Program-made: the position numbers and the translations under genes
From: an uncultured Planctomycetales bacterium
Lineage (GTDB): Bacteria > Omnitrophota > Gorgyraeia > Zapsychrales > Fredricksoniimonadaceae
DNA length: 64,000 bases
Assembly: GCA_964438075.1 (NCBI GenBank)
Contig: CAYTIW010000008.1
Location: 5,359-69,358 of the forward strand
Direction: 5' to 3'
Shown: piece by piece, positions 37,302 through 47,762 of the stretch
How the letters are laid out: every line of letters starts with the position of its first letter
How positions within the stretch are numbered: position 1 is the first letter of the stretch
Notes under the pieces: model-generated
What the model was told of the DNA's origin: nothing
Database searches by the model: none
The model's input: the letters and a program-made list of their open reading frames with translations, nothing else

Positions 37302-39887
37302 TTATTTAAAATTGATCTCTCGCCTTTCCTCCTCCTGATAATCGTTGTAGTTATAACTGTCCTCTCGCCATACTGGTCGTGGTTGTGGCTGAGGATCAAG
37401 ATCGCGCGCTATCTCTATTAGGGTGATGAACTCAGAACGCATGCCTTGGGGGTCATTGCCAATATTGCTGCGCGCGATGTTCAAAGCATGCTCGTATGAT
37501 GCCTGTCCCCTGTACTCGGAACCGCGTAAAAGCATCCCGAACTCTGCCACCGCACTGGCCCAGGCGAAATCTCCGCTCGGGTAGCGGACATAATCAGATC
37601 TCTTTACCGTCCTGGATAAAAGCTTGCTAGCATCCCCGTTCGGTTCTTTGTAACGCAATTTTACTGTAGCGACCTCATTGCTGTTTATATTCGGGAAAAT
37701 AACCTTCGGTTTGCTCTGATATTTTAAGGGGTCCACTTTCGGCGTAGATTCAAAAGCAGACCATGGACCGGCAGGCACTATCTCGTAAAGGGCGGTCACC
37801 GTATGCCCCGCCCCGATCTCACCGGCATCTTTACGGTCGTTGTTGAAATCCTCCTTCGCCAGAACTCGTTTCTCGTATCCGATAAGACGATATGCCTTCA
37901 CTGAAGCCGGGTTGAACTCGATCTGGATCTTCACGTCCTTGGCAATGGTGAATAGCGTCGATCCGAGCTCGTTCACCAGGACTTTCTGCGCCTCCTGAAG
38001 GTTGTCGATGTAAAAATAATTGCCGTTGCCATTGTCGGCCAGTTGCATCATGCGGGAGTCCTTCAGATTATCCTGACCGAAACCAAGGATGGTCAAAAAT
38101 ACGCCTTCCCGGCGTTTTTCCTCTATCATACGGGTCAACTCGGCTGTATCGGAAACGCCGACATTGAAATCCCCGTCGGTGGCCAGGATTATTCGGTTAT
38201 TCCCCCCTTTTATAAAATTCTGCTTGGCTATCTGGTACGCCAAACGGATACCTGCGCCTCCTGCGGTGGACCCGCCGGCCTGCAGACTGTCTATCGCGCT
38301 CAAAATAGACCCCTTATCGGCACCGGAAGTCGGCGACAGGACCTCACCGGCATGTCCGGCGTAGACCACTATCGATACATAATCCTGAGGCCTCAACTGC
38401 TGGACCATCATTTTGAAGCCTTCCTTTAAAAGCGGCAGCTTATCCTCATCTGACATGGATCCGGAAACATCAATGAGGAAAACGAGATTGCTCGGGGGAA
38501 GGGTGAATCCAGTCGGTATCTTTCCTTTAAGGCCTACGCGCAAGAGCTGATGGCTTTGGTTCCAAGGGCATACGGTCAGATCAGTCGTAATCGAGAACGG
38601 TTGGAATAAAGGCGGCTGCGGATATTCATAGGAAAAATAATTTATCAACTCTTCAATACGCACTGAATCCCTTGGAGGCATCTGGCGTTGTGTCAGGTAG
38701 CGGCGCACATTGCTGTAGGAAGCGGTGTCCACATCAGCGGACAGGGTGGAAAGAGGGTTATCAACCGCTGATAAGAACGGGTTGTCCTCCATCCTTTTAT
38801 ATTCCTCGGTATTGCTGGGCGCATGCTGATAATATTGAGGATCATAATCAGGAGCGTAATAGGTCCAGGCTCCCGACTCGTCGCCATAATTTTGCTTCAT
38901 ATCGTAGTCAGCCCTTCGAGGCACGCTCTCCATGTAATATGGCTCGTATTGGAGGGTGGCTTCTGCCGCCGGGGCAGTATACCCCTTACGATAATCGATC
39001 CCCTGCTTGGCCCTTTCATATTCAGTTGTCTTGAACGAACGTACCGATCTAGCGGCAGGGACCTCTTTATCTACAGAATACGCCATGCCTCCCCCCGTAG
39101 AGGCCTGGGCATATATCCGTCCATCTCGCCCATACTGGTCTTTTTTCAAAGAGTAATTAGACTCACTGGCCAATCCGCTCCCATCGGACAAGCTCCTGGC
39201 AGCCCCGAGCTGAGATCTTGTTTTCAGATTTTCATTCCGGCTGGCCCCTTCAACAAGTACCGTCGGCGAAGGACCGGTTATCTTTTTTTCGTAAGGCTTG
39301 TTGGCAGCCTGCCCCCAATATTCTCCGGAGGCCTTACCAGCATCGATCTTTTCACCCGATATGGCCGTTCCCGACTTTTCGGCCTTTTGATAATAGGGCT
39401 CATATTGAGAGGGCGTGCCGGCGGTCTTGCCGGGAGATTTGCGTATGAACCTAGCGGCAGAAGCAGAGTACTGATCGCCGATATCGTCGGGAGCTGAACG
39501 CGGTGTCGATAGGACAGGCACAGCGGTCTGAACTTTCCAAGCCCCGTCTTCTTTTACTAATTGAGGTAGATATGTTCTACTGGTAAGGCTGTTATACGCC
39601 AGTACCACTACCAATATGGTGGCGGCAACTGTAGCTGGTGCTTTCCACTGATAGGTCTGCATACTTCTCTCCTTTTTGACTTTCGACAGGATCTTGAGTT
39701 CAGCATCGGGAGAGAGAGTTTCGTCCGTTAGGACATGTAAAGACGATGAGAGACGGCGCAGCTCTTCAAGGTAAATGCGGCACTCGGGACGCTCAGCCAG
39801 GAGTTTCTCGGCAACCACTTTGTCTTCTGGGGACAGAGCGTCATCCACATAGGCCGAAATAAGCTGTTTCCATTCCTGAGCGTTCAT
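37302..39887 (-). CDS. Anti-sigma factor fused to a periplasmic von Willebrand factor A (YfbK-like) domain
   Basis: 861 aa. The N-terminus WKQLISAYVDDALSPEDKVVAEKLLAERPECRIYLEEL is anti-sigma-like, with only one Cys of the ZAS motif. A TM lies at aa 83-99, then a Tyr/Pro/Ala-rich linker. The YfbK-type region follows (NPLSTLSADVDTASYSNVRRYL...), with MIDAS LIDVSGSMS. Its ATGA overlaps the sigma gene. Confidence 0.8.
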   Translation of the reverse strand: MNAQEWKQLISAYVDDALSPEDKVVAEKLLAERPECRIYLEELRRLSSSLHVLTDETLSPDAELKILSKVKKERSMQTYQWKAPATVAATILVVVLAYNSLTSRTYLPQLVKEDGAWKVQTAVPVLSTPRSAPDDIGDQYSASAARFIRKSPGKTAGTPSQYEPYYQKAEKSGTAISGEKIDAGKASGEYWGQAANKPYEKKITGPSPTVLVEGASRNENLKTRSQLGAARSLSDGSGLASESNYSLKKDQYGRDGRIYAQASTGGGMAYSVDKEVPAARSVRSFKTTEYERAKQGIDYRKGYTAPAAEATLQYEPYYMESVPRRADYDMKQNYGDESGAWTYYAPDYDPQYYQHAPSNTEEYKRMEDNPFLSAVDNPLSTLSADVDTASYSNVRRYLTQRQMPPRDSVRIEELINYFSYEYPQPPLFQPFSITTDLTVCPWNQSHQLLRVGLKGKIPTGFTLPPSNLVFLIDVSGSMSDEDKLPLLKEGFKMMVQQLRPQDYVSIVVYAGHAGEVLSPTSGADKGSILSAIDSLQAGGSTAGGAGIRLAYQIAKQNFIKGGNNRIILATDGDFNVGVSDTAELTRMIEEKRREGVFLTILGFGQDNLKDSRMMQLADNGNGNYFYIDNLQEAQKVLVNELGSTLFTIAKDVKIQIEFNPASVKAYRLIGYEKRVLAKEDFNNDRKDAGEIGAGHTVTALYEIVPAGPWSAFESTPKVDPLKYQSKPKVIFPNINSNEVATVKLRYKEPNGDASKLLSRTVKRSDYVRYPSGDFAWASAVAEFGMLLRGSEYRGQASYEHALNIARSNIGNDPQGMRSEFITLIEIARDLDPQPQPRPVWREDSYNYNDYQEEERREINFK

Positions 39888-40468
39888 ATTCTATCCTCCT
39901 TGATGATCGGAGCCAACTCTTCACGCAGCCTTTCACGGCCGCGGAATATCAGGACCTTGACTTTATCCAGGGAGCATTCCAGGATCTCGGCTATTTCACT
40001 GTATTCTTTGCCGCAATATTCCCGCAAGATCAGCGCCTCTTTCTGTTCCTCAGGCAGCCTTTGCAGCGCAAGCCTGATCACCCTGGCATTTTCTCTCTTG
40101 TTGATCGCTTCAAGCGGCAGGTCGGCGGTGTCCGGAAGGTCCCATTCCCCATAGTCATCTGAATCGTCCTTCTTGAACCAAAGCGACACCGTACGTTTAG
40201 CCGAGCGCAACCTGGAAAGGCAAGCGTTGCGTGCCACTGTTAAAAGCCAAGTAGAAAGCTTGGCCCGACCGTTATCCTGGAACCTTTTATGAAAGAGCTG
40301 GATGAAAACCTCACTGGTTATATCTTCGGCGTCTGCCCGGCTCCCCACCATCCGCAGAGCAAAGTTGAAAACTTTGCCCTTGTGACGGTGGAAAAGCCCC
40401 TCAAACGCGGCCTGATCCCCCGAATTGTAGTCTTGCCACAACTCTACGTCGGTCCTATCCATCGTCAT
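39884..40468 (-). CDS. ECF-type RNA polymerase sigma-70 family factor
   Basis: Region 2 (FEGLFHRHKGKVFNFALRMVGSRADAEDITSEVFIQL) and region 4 (YSEIAEILECSLDKVKVLIFRGRERL). The track start at 40483 is TTG. ATG 40468 follows GAGGAGAG. Confidence 0.88.
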   Translation of the reverse strand: MTMDRTDVELWQDYNSGDQAAFEGLFHRHKGKVFNFALRMVGSRADAEDITSEVFIQLFHKRFQDNGRAKLSTWLLTVARNACLSRLRSAKRTVSLWFKKDDSDDYGEWDLPDTADLPLEAINKRENARVIRLALQRLPEEQKEALILREYCGKEYSEIAEILECSLDKVKVLIFRGRERLREELAPIIKEDRI

Positions 40469-40787
40469 TTTCTCTCCTCGCAACGGCCCAACCTCAACCC
40501 GTACTCTAGATTACCGGCTTTGGCTTGACCGAAGCAAGATCAGGGGCCCGCAAGCGATATTTAGCCTCGATATCAACCCGCCTAAACCCTACCGGGTTCA
40601 GTTGTAGGCCCTTTCTCCTACTGTTTAAACGCCACCGATGGCAAAAAGTTACATTATTTTTGATTGTACCTTCCGTTCCTCTATAACCCAAAAGGATTTA
40701 AATATATTTAACAGATTTCTTTTTGACAATCTCGCCGATGTCTGTTATATTCTCAACAGTTTTAACAAATTCCATGAGGAGGAAATT

Positions 40788-41063
40788 ATGCCCCACGTTG
40801 TTTGCGAACCCTGCGTTAACTGCCGCAACACCTTTTGCTGCGTAGTATGCCCAGTAGAGGCCTTCCGGGAGGATGCCAAAATGCTGGTAATCGATCCTGA
40901 CGTATGTATCGATTGCGGCGCTTGCGCGGCCGAATGCCCGGTACAGGCTATATATCCGGCTGATGACGTGCCTGCTAAGTGGAAGAGTTATATCGAATTG
41001 AACAAGACCAAAGCCCCCAATCTGGCGATGATAAACCAGAAAAAGGAACCGCTGAAAAAGTAA
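40788..41063 (+). CDS. Ferredoxin, FdxA-like (3Fe-4S/4Fe-4S-type cysteine spacing)
   Basis: 91 aa from the ATG preceded by GAGGAGGAAATT. Cys patterns are CEPCVNCRNTFCCVVCP and CIDCGACAAECP. The upstream 50 codons of the track ORF lack coding support. Confidence 0.85.
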   Translation: MPHVVCEPCVNCRNTFCCVVCPVEAFREDAKMLVIDPDVCIDCGACAAECPVQAIYPADDVPAKWKSYIELNKTKAPNLAMINQKKEPLKK

Positions 41064-41092
41064 CGCGGTAACTTGATCCATCTACACGAAAA

Positions 41093-41125
41093 GGCACTGA
41101 CGGGATTAATCAGTGCCTTTTTTTT
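41093..41125 (+). terminator. Rho-independent terminator after ferredoxin
   Basis: GGCACTGA-CGGGATTAA-TCAGTGCC: an 8-bp stem followed by T8 (41118-41125), 30 nt after the stop codon. Confidence 0.85.
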
Positions 41126-41207
41126 GATATTTATATAATAAAATTCCTCCGGACCGGCAATAAACTGGTCAATGGTCTGGAGCAATACACTCGAAAACGA
41201 GGTACAT

Positions 41208-42947
41208 ATGCCAAAAAAGACCGTTAAATCCATGAAAACCCCCAAACCCATGACAGGAGCCCAGGCGCTGATCAAATGCCTGGAGAATCACGGGGTGGAA
41301 TATATTTTCGGACTGCCTGGCGGAAGCGTTATCCCCATATTTGATGCGATATATGAATCCAAGATCAAGACCATACTTGTCCGACATGAACAGGGTGCGA
41401 CCCATATGGCTGACGGCTATGCCCGTGCGACTGGAAAGGTGGGGGTGGTCCTGGTGACCTCCGGCCCCGGGGCTACCAATACCGTTACCGGAATAATGAC
41501 CGCTATGATGGATTCAGTGCCTTTGGTGGTTCTGACAGGCCAGACCATATCTCCAATGCTGGGTAAAGATGCTTTCCAGGAAGCAGATATTTCCGGTATA
41601 TCCATGCCTGTGGTCAAACACAGCTACCTGGTGAAAGATATCAATTCAATACCGCGCATAATTAAAGAGGCGTTCCACATCGCTTCTACCGGACGGCCCG
41701 GACCGGTTTTGATAGACCTGCCCAAAGACATGACTGCCGGCAACTTCACTGCCTCTTTGGATCAGCCAATGGATATACCCGGCTATTCGATACCCAAACA
41801 AGGGAACAAAGCGTCCATAGTTCAGTTAGCTAAAATGTTCAAAGAATCAAAAAAGCCGATACTGCTGGTTGGGCATGGTGCGGTTATTGCCGGTGCCGAT
41901 AAAGCAGTTCGAGAACTGGCTGAAAAAATGCAGTGCCCGGTCACCGTGACCCTGCTAGGCAAAGGCGGCTTTCCAGAGACCCACCCGCTATCATTAGGCA
42001 TGCTGGGCATGCATGGAACGGCCTATGCCAATAAAGCCATAACCACCTGTGACCTGATCTGCTCCATAGGCTCAAGATGGGATGACCGGATTAACGGTAA
42101 TAACGACGAATTCTGTATCGGTGCCAAGAAGATCCATATCGATATCGACCCGGCAGAGATAGATAAGATCGTGAAACCTGACCTGTCCATCATCGGTGAT
42201 GCCAAACTTGTCGTTGAAGAATTACTCAAACATGTCGAAAAGCTTGACACCGCCGACTGGCTGAAAGAACTGGATTTCTATAAATCGGAATTCCCGCTCC
42301 ACTACTCCAACAATGAAGGGCTCACTGCGCAATGTGTAATTGATACTCTTTACAAGGTCACCAAAGGCAAGGCCGTAGTGGTTACCGATGTCGGGCAACA
42401 CCAAATGTGGGCAGCTCAGTTCTACAAAGCTGAACGCGGCCGTGACTGGCTATCCTCCGGAGGCGCCGGCACCATGGGGTACGGCTTCCCCGCAGCCATT
42501 GGAGCCCAATTCGGCAGGCCAGGCGAATTGGTCGTAGCCATAGTCGGAGATGGCGGTTTCCAGATGACCCTTTGCGAATTGGCCACTGCCGCAATCAATA
42601 AGCAACCGGTCAAAGTGCTGGTTATTGACAATAAATACCTCGGCATGGTACGCCAATGGCAGGAACTTTTCTTCGATAACCGACTCTCCGGCGTGGACCT
42701 GGTCGGGAACCCTGATTTTGTTAAACTGGCGGAAGCTTATGGAATCAAAGGCTTTCATATCAACAACGTTTCCGATTGCCAACGCATTCTGGAAGAGGCC
42801 ATGCAAAATCCTGGCCCGACCCTTATCCATGCCGAAGTCATCAAGGAAGGTAATGTATTCCCGATGATACCGGCCGGAAAATCGGCTTATCATATGATAG
42901 TTGAAGCCCCTAAAGTCAAAATGGAGAAACCGACAGGATCAACATAA
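41208..42947 (+). CDS. ilvB: Acetolactate synthase (acetohydroxyacid synthase) large subunit
   Basis: [25 protein letters not shown], and the TPP motif [16 protein letters not shown]...[12 protein letters not shown] 41208 follows GAGG. The upstream codons of the track ORF are dropped. Confidence 0.93.
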   Translation: MPKKTVKSMKTPKPMTGAQALIKCLENHGVEYIFGLPGGSVIPIFDAIYESKIKTILVRHEQGATHMADGYARATGKVGVVLVTSGPGATNTVTGIMTAMMDSVPLVVLTGQTISPMLGKDAFQEADISGISMPVVKHSYLVKDINSIPRIIKEAFHIASTGRPGPVLIDLPKDMTAGNFTASLDQPMDIPGYSIPKQGNKASIVQLAKMFKESKKPILLVGHGAVIAGADKAVRELAEKMQCPVTVTLLGKGGFPETHPLSLGMLGMHGTAYANKAITTCDLICSIGSRWDDRINGNNDEFCIGAKKIHIDIDPAEIDKIVKPDLSIIGDAKLVVEELLKHVEKLDTADWLKELDFYKSEFPLHYSNNEGLTAQCVIDTLYKVTKGKAVVVTDVGQHQMWAAQFYKAERGRDWLSSGGAGTMGYGFPAAIGAQFGRPGELVVAIVGDGGFQMTLCELATAAINKQPVKVLVIDNKYLGMVRQWQELFFDNRLSGVDLVGNPDFVKLAEAYGIKGFHINNVSDCQRILEEAMQNPGPTLIHAEVIKEGNVFPMIPAGKSAYHMIVEAPKVKMEKPTGST

Positions 42948-43018
42948 AACCAAATTCTACTAGCCACTAAAGCAAAATAATGATCGCTCCCATAGCGGCA
43001 TTACCCAAAGGAAACAAT

Positions 43019-43516
43019 ATGAAAACAAATTCTATTCACACACTTAGTATACTGGTCGCTAATAAACCCGGCGTGCTGGTGCGTGTTGCGCTAACTTTTG
43101 CCCGCAGGGGTTATAACATCGACTCTTTGGTCGTCTCTACAACCCAGAACCCCAAATTTTCCCGAATGACTGTTACAGCCAAAGGCGACCTGGCCACGCT
43201 GGACCAGATCATAAGGCAGTTGAACAAGCTGGTCGATGTGATCCATGCCAGCGAACACGACCCGTTCGCGGCCGTTGACATGGAAATGTCCCTTCTGAAG
43301 GTCAAAGTTACGGCCACATCCAAAACCATCATTTCTAAATATATGAAGGAATATCACGCCAAGTTGGTGGATGAAACCGACAATGTCCTTATTATTTCCC
43401 AAATGGGATCGACCGAAGAGCTTAATGCCTTTGAAGAAATATTAAGCAAATACGGCCTGATCGAACTGGTCCGTTCAGGCAAGTTACTCATGATGAAAGG
43501 TAAAGAAACCACTTAG
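43019..43516 (+). CDS. ilvN: Acetolactate synthase small (regulatory, ACT-domain) subunit
   Basis: HTLSILVANKPGVLVRVALTFARRGYNIDSLVVSTT...SRMT is the IlvN/IlvH signature. The ATG is 43019. Confidence 0.9.
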   Translation: MKTNSIHTLSILVANKPGVLVRVALTFARRGYNIDSLVVSTTQNPKFSRMTVTAKGDLATLDQIIRQLNKLVDVIHASEHDPFAAVDMEMSLLKVKVTATSKTIISKYMKEYHAKLVDETDNVLIISQMGSTEELNAFEEILSKYGLIELVRSGKLLMMKGKETT

Positions 43517-43642
43517 GGGGCCAGGGGCTAATTATCGTAGGGATTCTAGAAGCATGTTTGAGAAGGTCAAACCTTCAGAAGGTTTCGTTACATTTTTAAA
43601 ATTCAGGCGCAATTTGATGCCATTTCGGGATAGTGTAATCCC

Positions 43643-45124
43643 CTAACCGCTAGAGCGCCTTTTGAACAACTTAACCGCCCCCGAAGAATCTATCTTTTCC
43701 CAATCCTTCATAAATTCTTCTATCTTTTTACCGGCATATTCGCCGTCGTTTCTCATGGCATTAGAAAGCCAATCATCATTGAAATTGATCAACGCGTAGC
43801 TGACATCATCAGGAACCCGGAAAGGTGGCTGGCCGACATAGAACATGCTCTCCCTCATACTTGCCTCATCTTGATATTCCCGGCTGTAAACTTTATGAAA
43901 AGAATATAGTCCTTTTCTCAAAGACAAAGCCGGCAAGAATTCAAAAGTGGCAATAACGGATGCATCCTTAGGGATATGATTCACCATCCTCCATTTATCA
44001 GCATCGTTGCTGTCATGCGAAAAACCCGTCTTAATGGCCAACGGGACCCGATATTTGTGCATTTGGACAAAAGAGCCGCCTAAAAGGAACAGGCAAACCA
44101 AAACAAGGACAATCCCTTTAAGTTCAAACTTCTTGAGCGTGTGTACTGTCGCCAAAAAAATCATTGGCGTCATAGATAATGCATATACGTTATAAAGCGA
44201 TTTCTCCGGCACAAAATCTGATAATATGTGATACCCCAGAATCGGCAGCATCAACATCAGGATAAAAGGGCTCAATAAGGCCGGCAAAAGGAATACCGAA
44301 AACAGGGAAAGGACAAAGTTCTGGTTCAACGGATTAGTTAAAATTTTCTTCCAGGTTGTGAATTTCAAAAGGCTCTGAAAAATCTCTTTCTTGGTGGCCC
44401 CTAAATACGCATAACGCGACCATACAGTATAGGGAGCGCCTCGGAAGAAAGGAATTATGCAAGCATAGACGAATATAAAGTAAATACAGGCTATAGCCAA
44501 AGGCAATACTCCCCACACCAAACGGTTACGATCCTTGGCCAACAATCCCCAGATACCCAACATGGCGACCACAAAAGCCATGTTCTCTTTAACCAAAAGA
44601 AGAAAGAACAAAGATACAAAATAAGGGGCAGCCTTGTTCTTTCTGAACAAATAAACGGCAAGCATAATGAAGAAAGGAGACAAAGATTCAGCATTGTGGT
44701 CATGGCACAAGGCCAACAAATTAGGAGGGCAAAAAAGGTAAGCCGCGGTGATCAACAATGCCGGGAACTTATCTATTTCCTTTACTGCCATAAGATAAAA
44801 AAGCCACCCAGACAAAAGAAAAAAAACTATCTGGACGAAAGTGAAAGTCAAGGGGTGCGGGAATATCCAAAGGAGCGGAGCCGACAAATCAATCAGGAAT
44901 TCAGCATGAGCCCCCCATGGTTTAAGTGCATAAAGCTCAGAAAAGAGCCTGCCATGTATCAAATTCCACAGGGACTGGTTATAGAATGCCATATCCCAGT
45001 CGTTGTATGCAAAATGTATGTACTTGTGGATAACCAGAAACGAATATATTAATAAAGAAACCAGCAATAAAAACAATACCGGCTTGTGCTCATTGTATAA
45101 CTTGGCGATAGTCCTAAAAAGCAT
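43643..45124 (-). CDS. DUF2079-like polytopic membrane protein (GT-C-fold candidate)
   Basis: The motifs YNDWDMAFYNQSLWNLIHG, GAHAEFLIDLSAPLLWIFP and CHDHNAESLSPFF match what I recall of DUF2079. The track start at 45154 is GTG. ATG 45124 follows GAGGAAAAG. Confidence 0.6.
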   Translation of the reverse strand: MLFRTIAKLYNEHKPVLFLLLVSLLIYSFLVIHKYIHFAYNDWDMAFYNQSLWNLIHGRLFSELYALKPWGAHAEFLIDLSAPLLWIFPHPLTFTFVQIVFFLLSGWLFYLMAVKEIDKFPALLITAAYLFCPPNLLALCHDHNAESLSPFFIMLAVYLFRKNKAAPYFVSLFFLLLVKENMAFVVAMLGIWGLLAKDRNRLVWGVLPLAIACIYFIFVYACIIPFFRGAPYTVWSRYAYLGATKKEIFQSLLKFTTWKKILTNPLNQNFVLSLFSVFLLPALLSPFILMLMLPILGYHILSDFVPEKSLYNVYALSMTPMIFLATVHTLKKFELKGIVLVLVCLFLLGGSFVQMHKYRVPLAIKTGFSHDSNDADKWRMVNHIPKDASVIATFEFLPALSLRKGLYSFHKVYSREYQDEASMRESMFYVGQPPFRVPDDVSYALINFNDDWLSNAMRNDGEYAGKKIEEFMKDWEKIDSSGAVKLFKRRSSG

Positions 45125-45137
45125 CAGATACTTTTCC

Positions 45138-46976
45138 TCAAAATGATTTATCACGGTTACCCAAATACAGAGTCCGGCTCATCCATAATATAACGGCCAA
45201 AGGCATAGCTCTCGAAACAAGCCTAAGCCATACTTCCGTGTAATACCCCCAAAAATCGCTGTTGGTCCAACAGAGGCCGGCTGAATAAGCAAATATGACC
45301 ATCCCGCAGACAAGAAAGAAAATAAATCGCTCAGACTGCGACCAAGGTCTTTCATTTCTTCTTAAGAAAGGAAAAAGGATAGCAATAAAAATAATAATTA
45401 CGGTGATATGCGAGTCGGCAAGGTACATCTGCGTGATCTGAAATATAGCCAGAAAGTTTTCAGGCGTTAGCTCTCTACGCAGATGGAATATAGAATAATG
45501 AACTCCCTGGAGATCAAGCCAGCATAGCCATAAAGGCTGCATCAATAATGCTATTAACAAAGGCGATATGGATTTAAATACAGGCCATAGCTCATTTAAT
45601 TTAGGCAGTTTTGATAACAAGAACGCGATAAAGAAGAAACCAACAATAACCGTACCTTCAAACTTAGCGCCACACAAGCCTACCAGCGATATAACCGTTG
45701 CATACAATGAACCTTTCGAACCATTTTTGATCCAATCCACAAAGAACGCCACGCTAAGCAAAACAAGGGCGATAAATATATTCTCCGCCAATGCAGTGAA
45801 GAAAGTCCAATGATGAAAATAAACAAGAAACACCAAAACTACCAACCAAGACGCCTTTTTACCCAACCCCAAAGACATGGAAATCGATTTCATCAACCCC
45901 AAGGAAGAAAAAAATATAAGCGCTGAACCCCATTTTGCGATTTGATCATGATCTCCCTGAGTGAATATCAACTGTATCGTCAAATATAACGGCCAAAAAA
46001 CAGGATAATAATTGGTTATCATTTCTGTATATTCAAAATTCAAAAGCCGAAGATCAAAGAACATTTTTGCCTTAAGAAGCCAAATATGGACTTCATCAAC
46101 AATGCCAATAGGATAAGAAATTATAAGAGTGAGAAAGAAAACAGCCACTGACAAACCGATAATATTTAACATCAATGACCGCGCAGAGAATTTCTTAGTA
46201 ATAAAACAATTGGCAAGACTTACGCGCCTTCTTTTCATGAATAAATAACTGGAAAAAACCAGCAAACACATCCCAAGATAGACGATAAAATCACTCAAGG
46301 GCACACGAAAAAGCGCTAAAACCCAGAAAGGGAAAGTTACCCCGATAAGCCCCAGCAAAAACGAAGCTCCCATTTTGCCTGACAATGGCCAGTCTCCAAT
46401 ATTAGAAATCAGACCACATAAAATAAAAAGGCCTATCAGGAATCCCACAATCAAAAAACATAAGTACGCCCACCCGGACCACTCTGCCGTCTTTGGAGAA
46501 CTCGGATGTAGGTCAACGGGGGAATCCCCTATTGCAAAGATTCTAATCCCATCCTTCAATGGTATTTCTCGCCAATGCGCTGGGGGATTCTTTATTTGCG
46601 CATTGAGATCGACAAAATAATTGCCCCCGCAGACTCTTTTTTGACTATGAAAATCGTTTACTTCAGGAATTGTAAATTTCAGAGGATAAACATAATACCG
46701 AAATGAAAGCAAAAGCGTTATTGGGACTCGGGAAACCTCTATACAGGCATCCTTTGGGAGCATTGCTTTAACTCTATTAGCTGTATCAATTAGCAAGGCA
46801 GAATGAGCCATTGACTTGGCATTGCCACCAACTGAAATATATTCTTTAAGCAGGCCTATTCTGTCCCCCAGCAAACCTGTTATAGAAAGCTTACCCACAT
46901 AAACACACATTAAGAATGCTATCGGGACCAGAAGCATTCTGATAATATCCCATAAGGAAAAACTGGCCTTATCCAC
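45138..46976 (-). CDS. Large polytopic membrane protein, unknown family
   Basis: 612 aa with a GTG start behind GGGGG. An N-terminal TM is followed by a roughly 150-aa extracytoplasmic segment and then at least 10 hydrophobic helices. No motif recognised. Confidence 0.55.
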   Translation of the reverse strand: MDKASFSLWDIIRMLLVPIAFLMCVYVGKLSITGLLGDRIGLLKEYISVGGNAKSMAHSALLIDTANRVKAMLPKDACIEVSRVPITLLLSFRYYVYPLKFTIPEVNDFHSQKRVCGGNYFVDLNAQIKNPPAHWREIPLKDGIRIFAIGDSPVDLHPSSPKTAEWSGWAYLCFLIVGFLIGLFILCGLISNIGDWPLSGKMGASFLLGLIGVTFPFWVLALFRVPLSDFIVYLGMCLLVFSSYLFMKRRRVSLANCFITKKFSARSLMLNIIGLSVAVFFLTLIISYPIGIVDEVHIWLLKAKMFFDLRLLNFEYTEMITNYYPVFWPLYLTIQLIFTQGDHDQIAKWGSALIFFSSLGLMKSISMSLGLGKKASWLVVLVFLVYFHHWTFFTALAENIFIALVLLSVAFFVDWIKNGSKGSLYATVISLVGLCGAKFEGTVIVGFFFIAFLLSKLPKLNELWPVFKSISPLLIALLMQPLWLCWLDLQGVHYSIFHLRRELTPENFLAIFQITQMYLADSHITVIIIFIAILFPFLRRNERPWSQSERFIFFLVCGMVIFAYSAGLCWTNSDFWGYYTEVWLRLVSRAMPLAVILWMSRTLYLGNRDKSF

Positions 46977-47021
46977 TATTGAGCCCCCGAGTAAAGTTTT
47001 GGTGCTATTGAAGCGTTGATG

Positions 47022-47762
47022 TTATTTGATGCGAGAATATTCGGCTATAAAATCGATATAAAAATATATATTATCTTGCTTGTCCAGCAATTCCTCCCTG
47101 CTCAAATCGGAATCAAATTCAATCTTAAAACCTATATCTTCCAATAAAGCAATGAATTCACCTGGTTTAGTTCCTGCGGCTGCCAATCCATAAGGCCAAA
47201 ATTCACCCACCATAATGACCTTATCAGATCGCTGGATTGTTTGTCTCATGCCCTTTATTGCATAATATTCATAACCTTGGATATCGATCTTGATAACATC
47301 TAGCTTTTCTCCTTCCTTGAAGTAATCGTCAATGGCGACCGCCTCCACTGAAAAAGTTTTACGCCCTTCCCCCGTATCATACGTCTTGCCATCCACATTC
47401 AAATCATCTGATTTATAAAGTAAAATCTTTCCGCTCTTACTATCCACCGCTTTATTATTAAGAGTGATATTACTGAATCTCTTGGCACATATTCCAAGAC
47501 GCATATAATTATCAGCTTCTGGCTCAAAGGCATGCACCTCGCCCTTCTCCCCAACCAACTTGGCAAAAAGAGTTGTGTAAAAACCTATATTTGCGCCCAC
47601 ATCAAGAACTCGCATGCCCGGCTTAATGACACGTTTTATATTAGCTATCGACCTTCTTTCGCAGATATTTTTGTAAATAAAATAAAAAAATTTATACACG
47701 GGAAATAACTTACCGAAAAATAACTTTTCAAAAATAACAGCTGAATAATAATAAATCTTCAT
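47022..47762 (-). CDS. FkbM-family SAM-dependent methyltransferase
   Basis: VLDVGANIGFYTTLFAKLVGEKGEVHAFEPEADNY is the FkbM signature. Its ATGA overlaps the upstream small ORF. Confidence 0.8.
   Translation of the reverse strand: MKIYYYSAVIFEKLFFGKLFPVYKFFYFIYKNICERRSIANIKRVIKPGMRVLDVGANIGFYTTLFAKLVGEKGEVHAFEPEADNYMRLGICAKRFSNITLNNKAVDSKSGKILLYKSDDLNVDGKTYDTGEGRKTFSVEAVAIDDYFKEGEKLDVIKIDIQGYEYYAIKGMRQTIQRSDKVIMVGEFWPYGLAAAGTKPGEFIALLEDIGFKIEFDSDLSREELLDKQDNIYFYIDFIAEYSRIK

Noticed and set aside
40638-40787. 50-codon N-terminal extension of the ferredoxin ORF in the track
   Set aside because: A strong SD (GAGGAGG) sits directly before the internal ATG at 40788. The ferredoxin fold begins at that Met, and the extension has no coding features.
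41124-41139. TTGATA and TATAAT hexamers upstream of ilvB, considered as a promoter
   Set aside because: The hexamers are only 4 nt apart, which is incompatible with a sigma70 -35/-10 pair.
43562-43598. Alternative hairpins GAAGGT-CAA-ACCTTC / AAACC-TTCAGAA-GGTTT after ilvN, considered as a terminator
   Set aside because: The stems are short (5-6 bp) and AT-containing. The T-run (43593-43597) is separated from the stem by about 7 nt. This is too weak to call.
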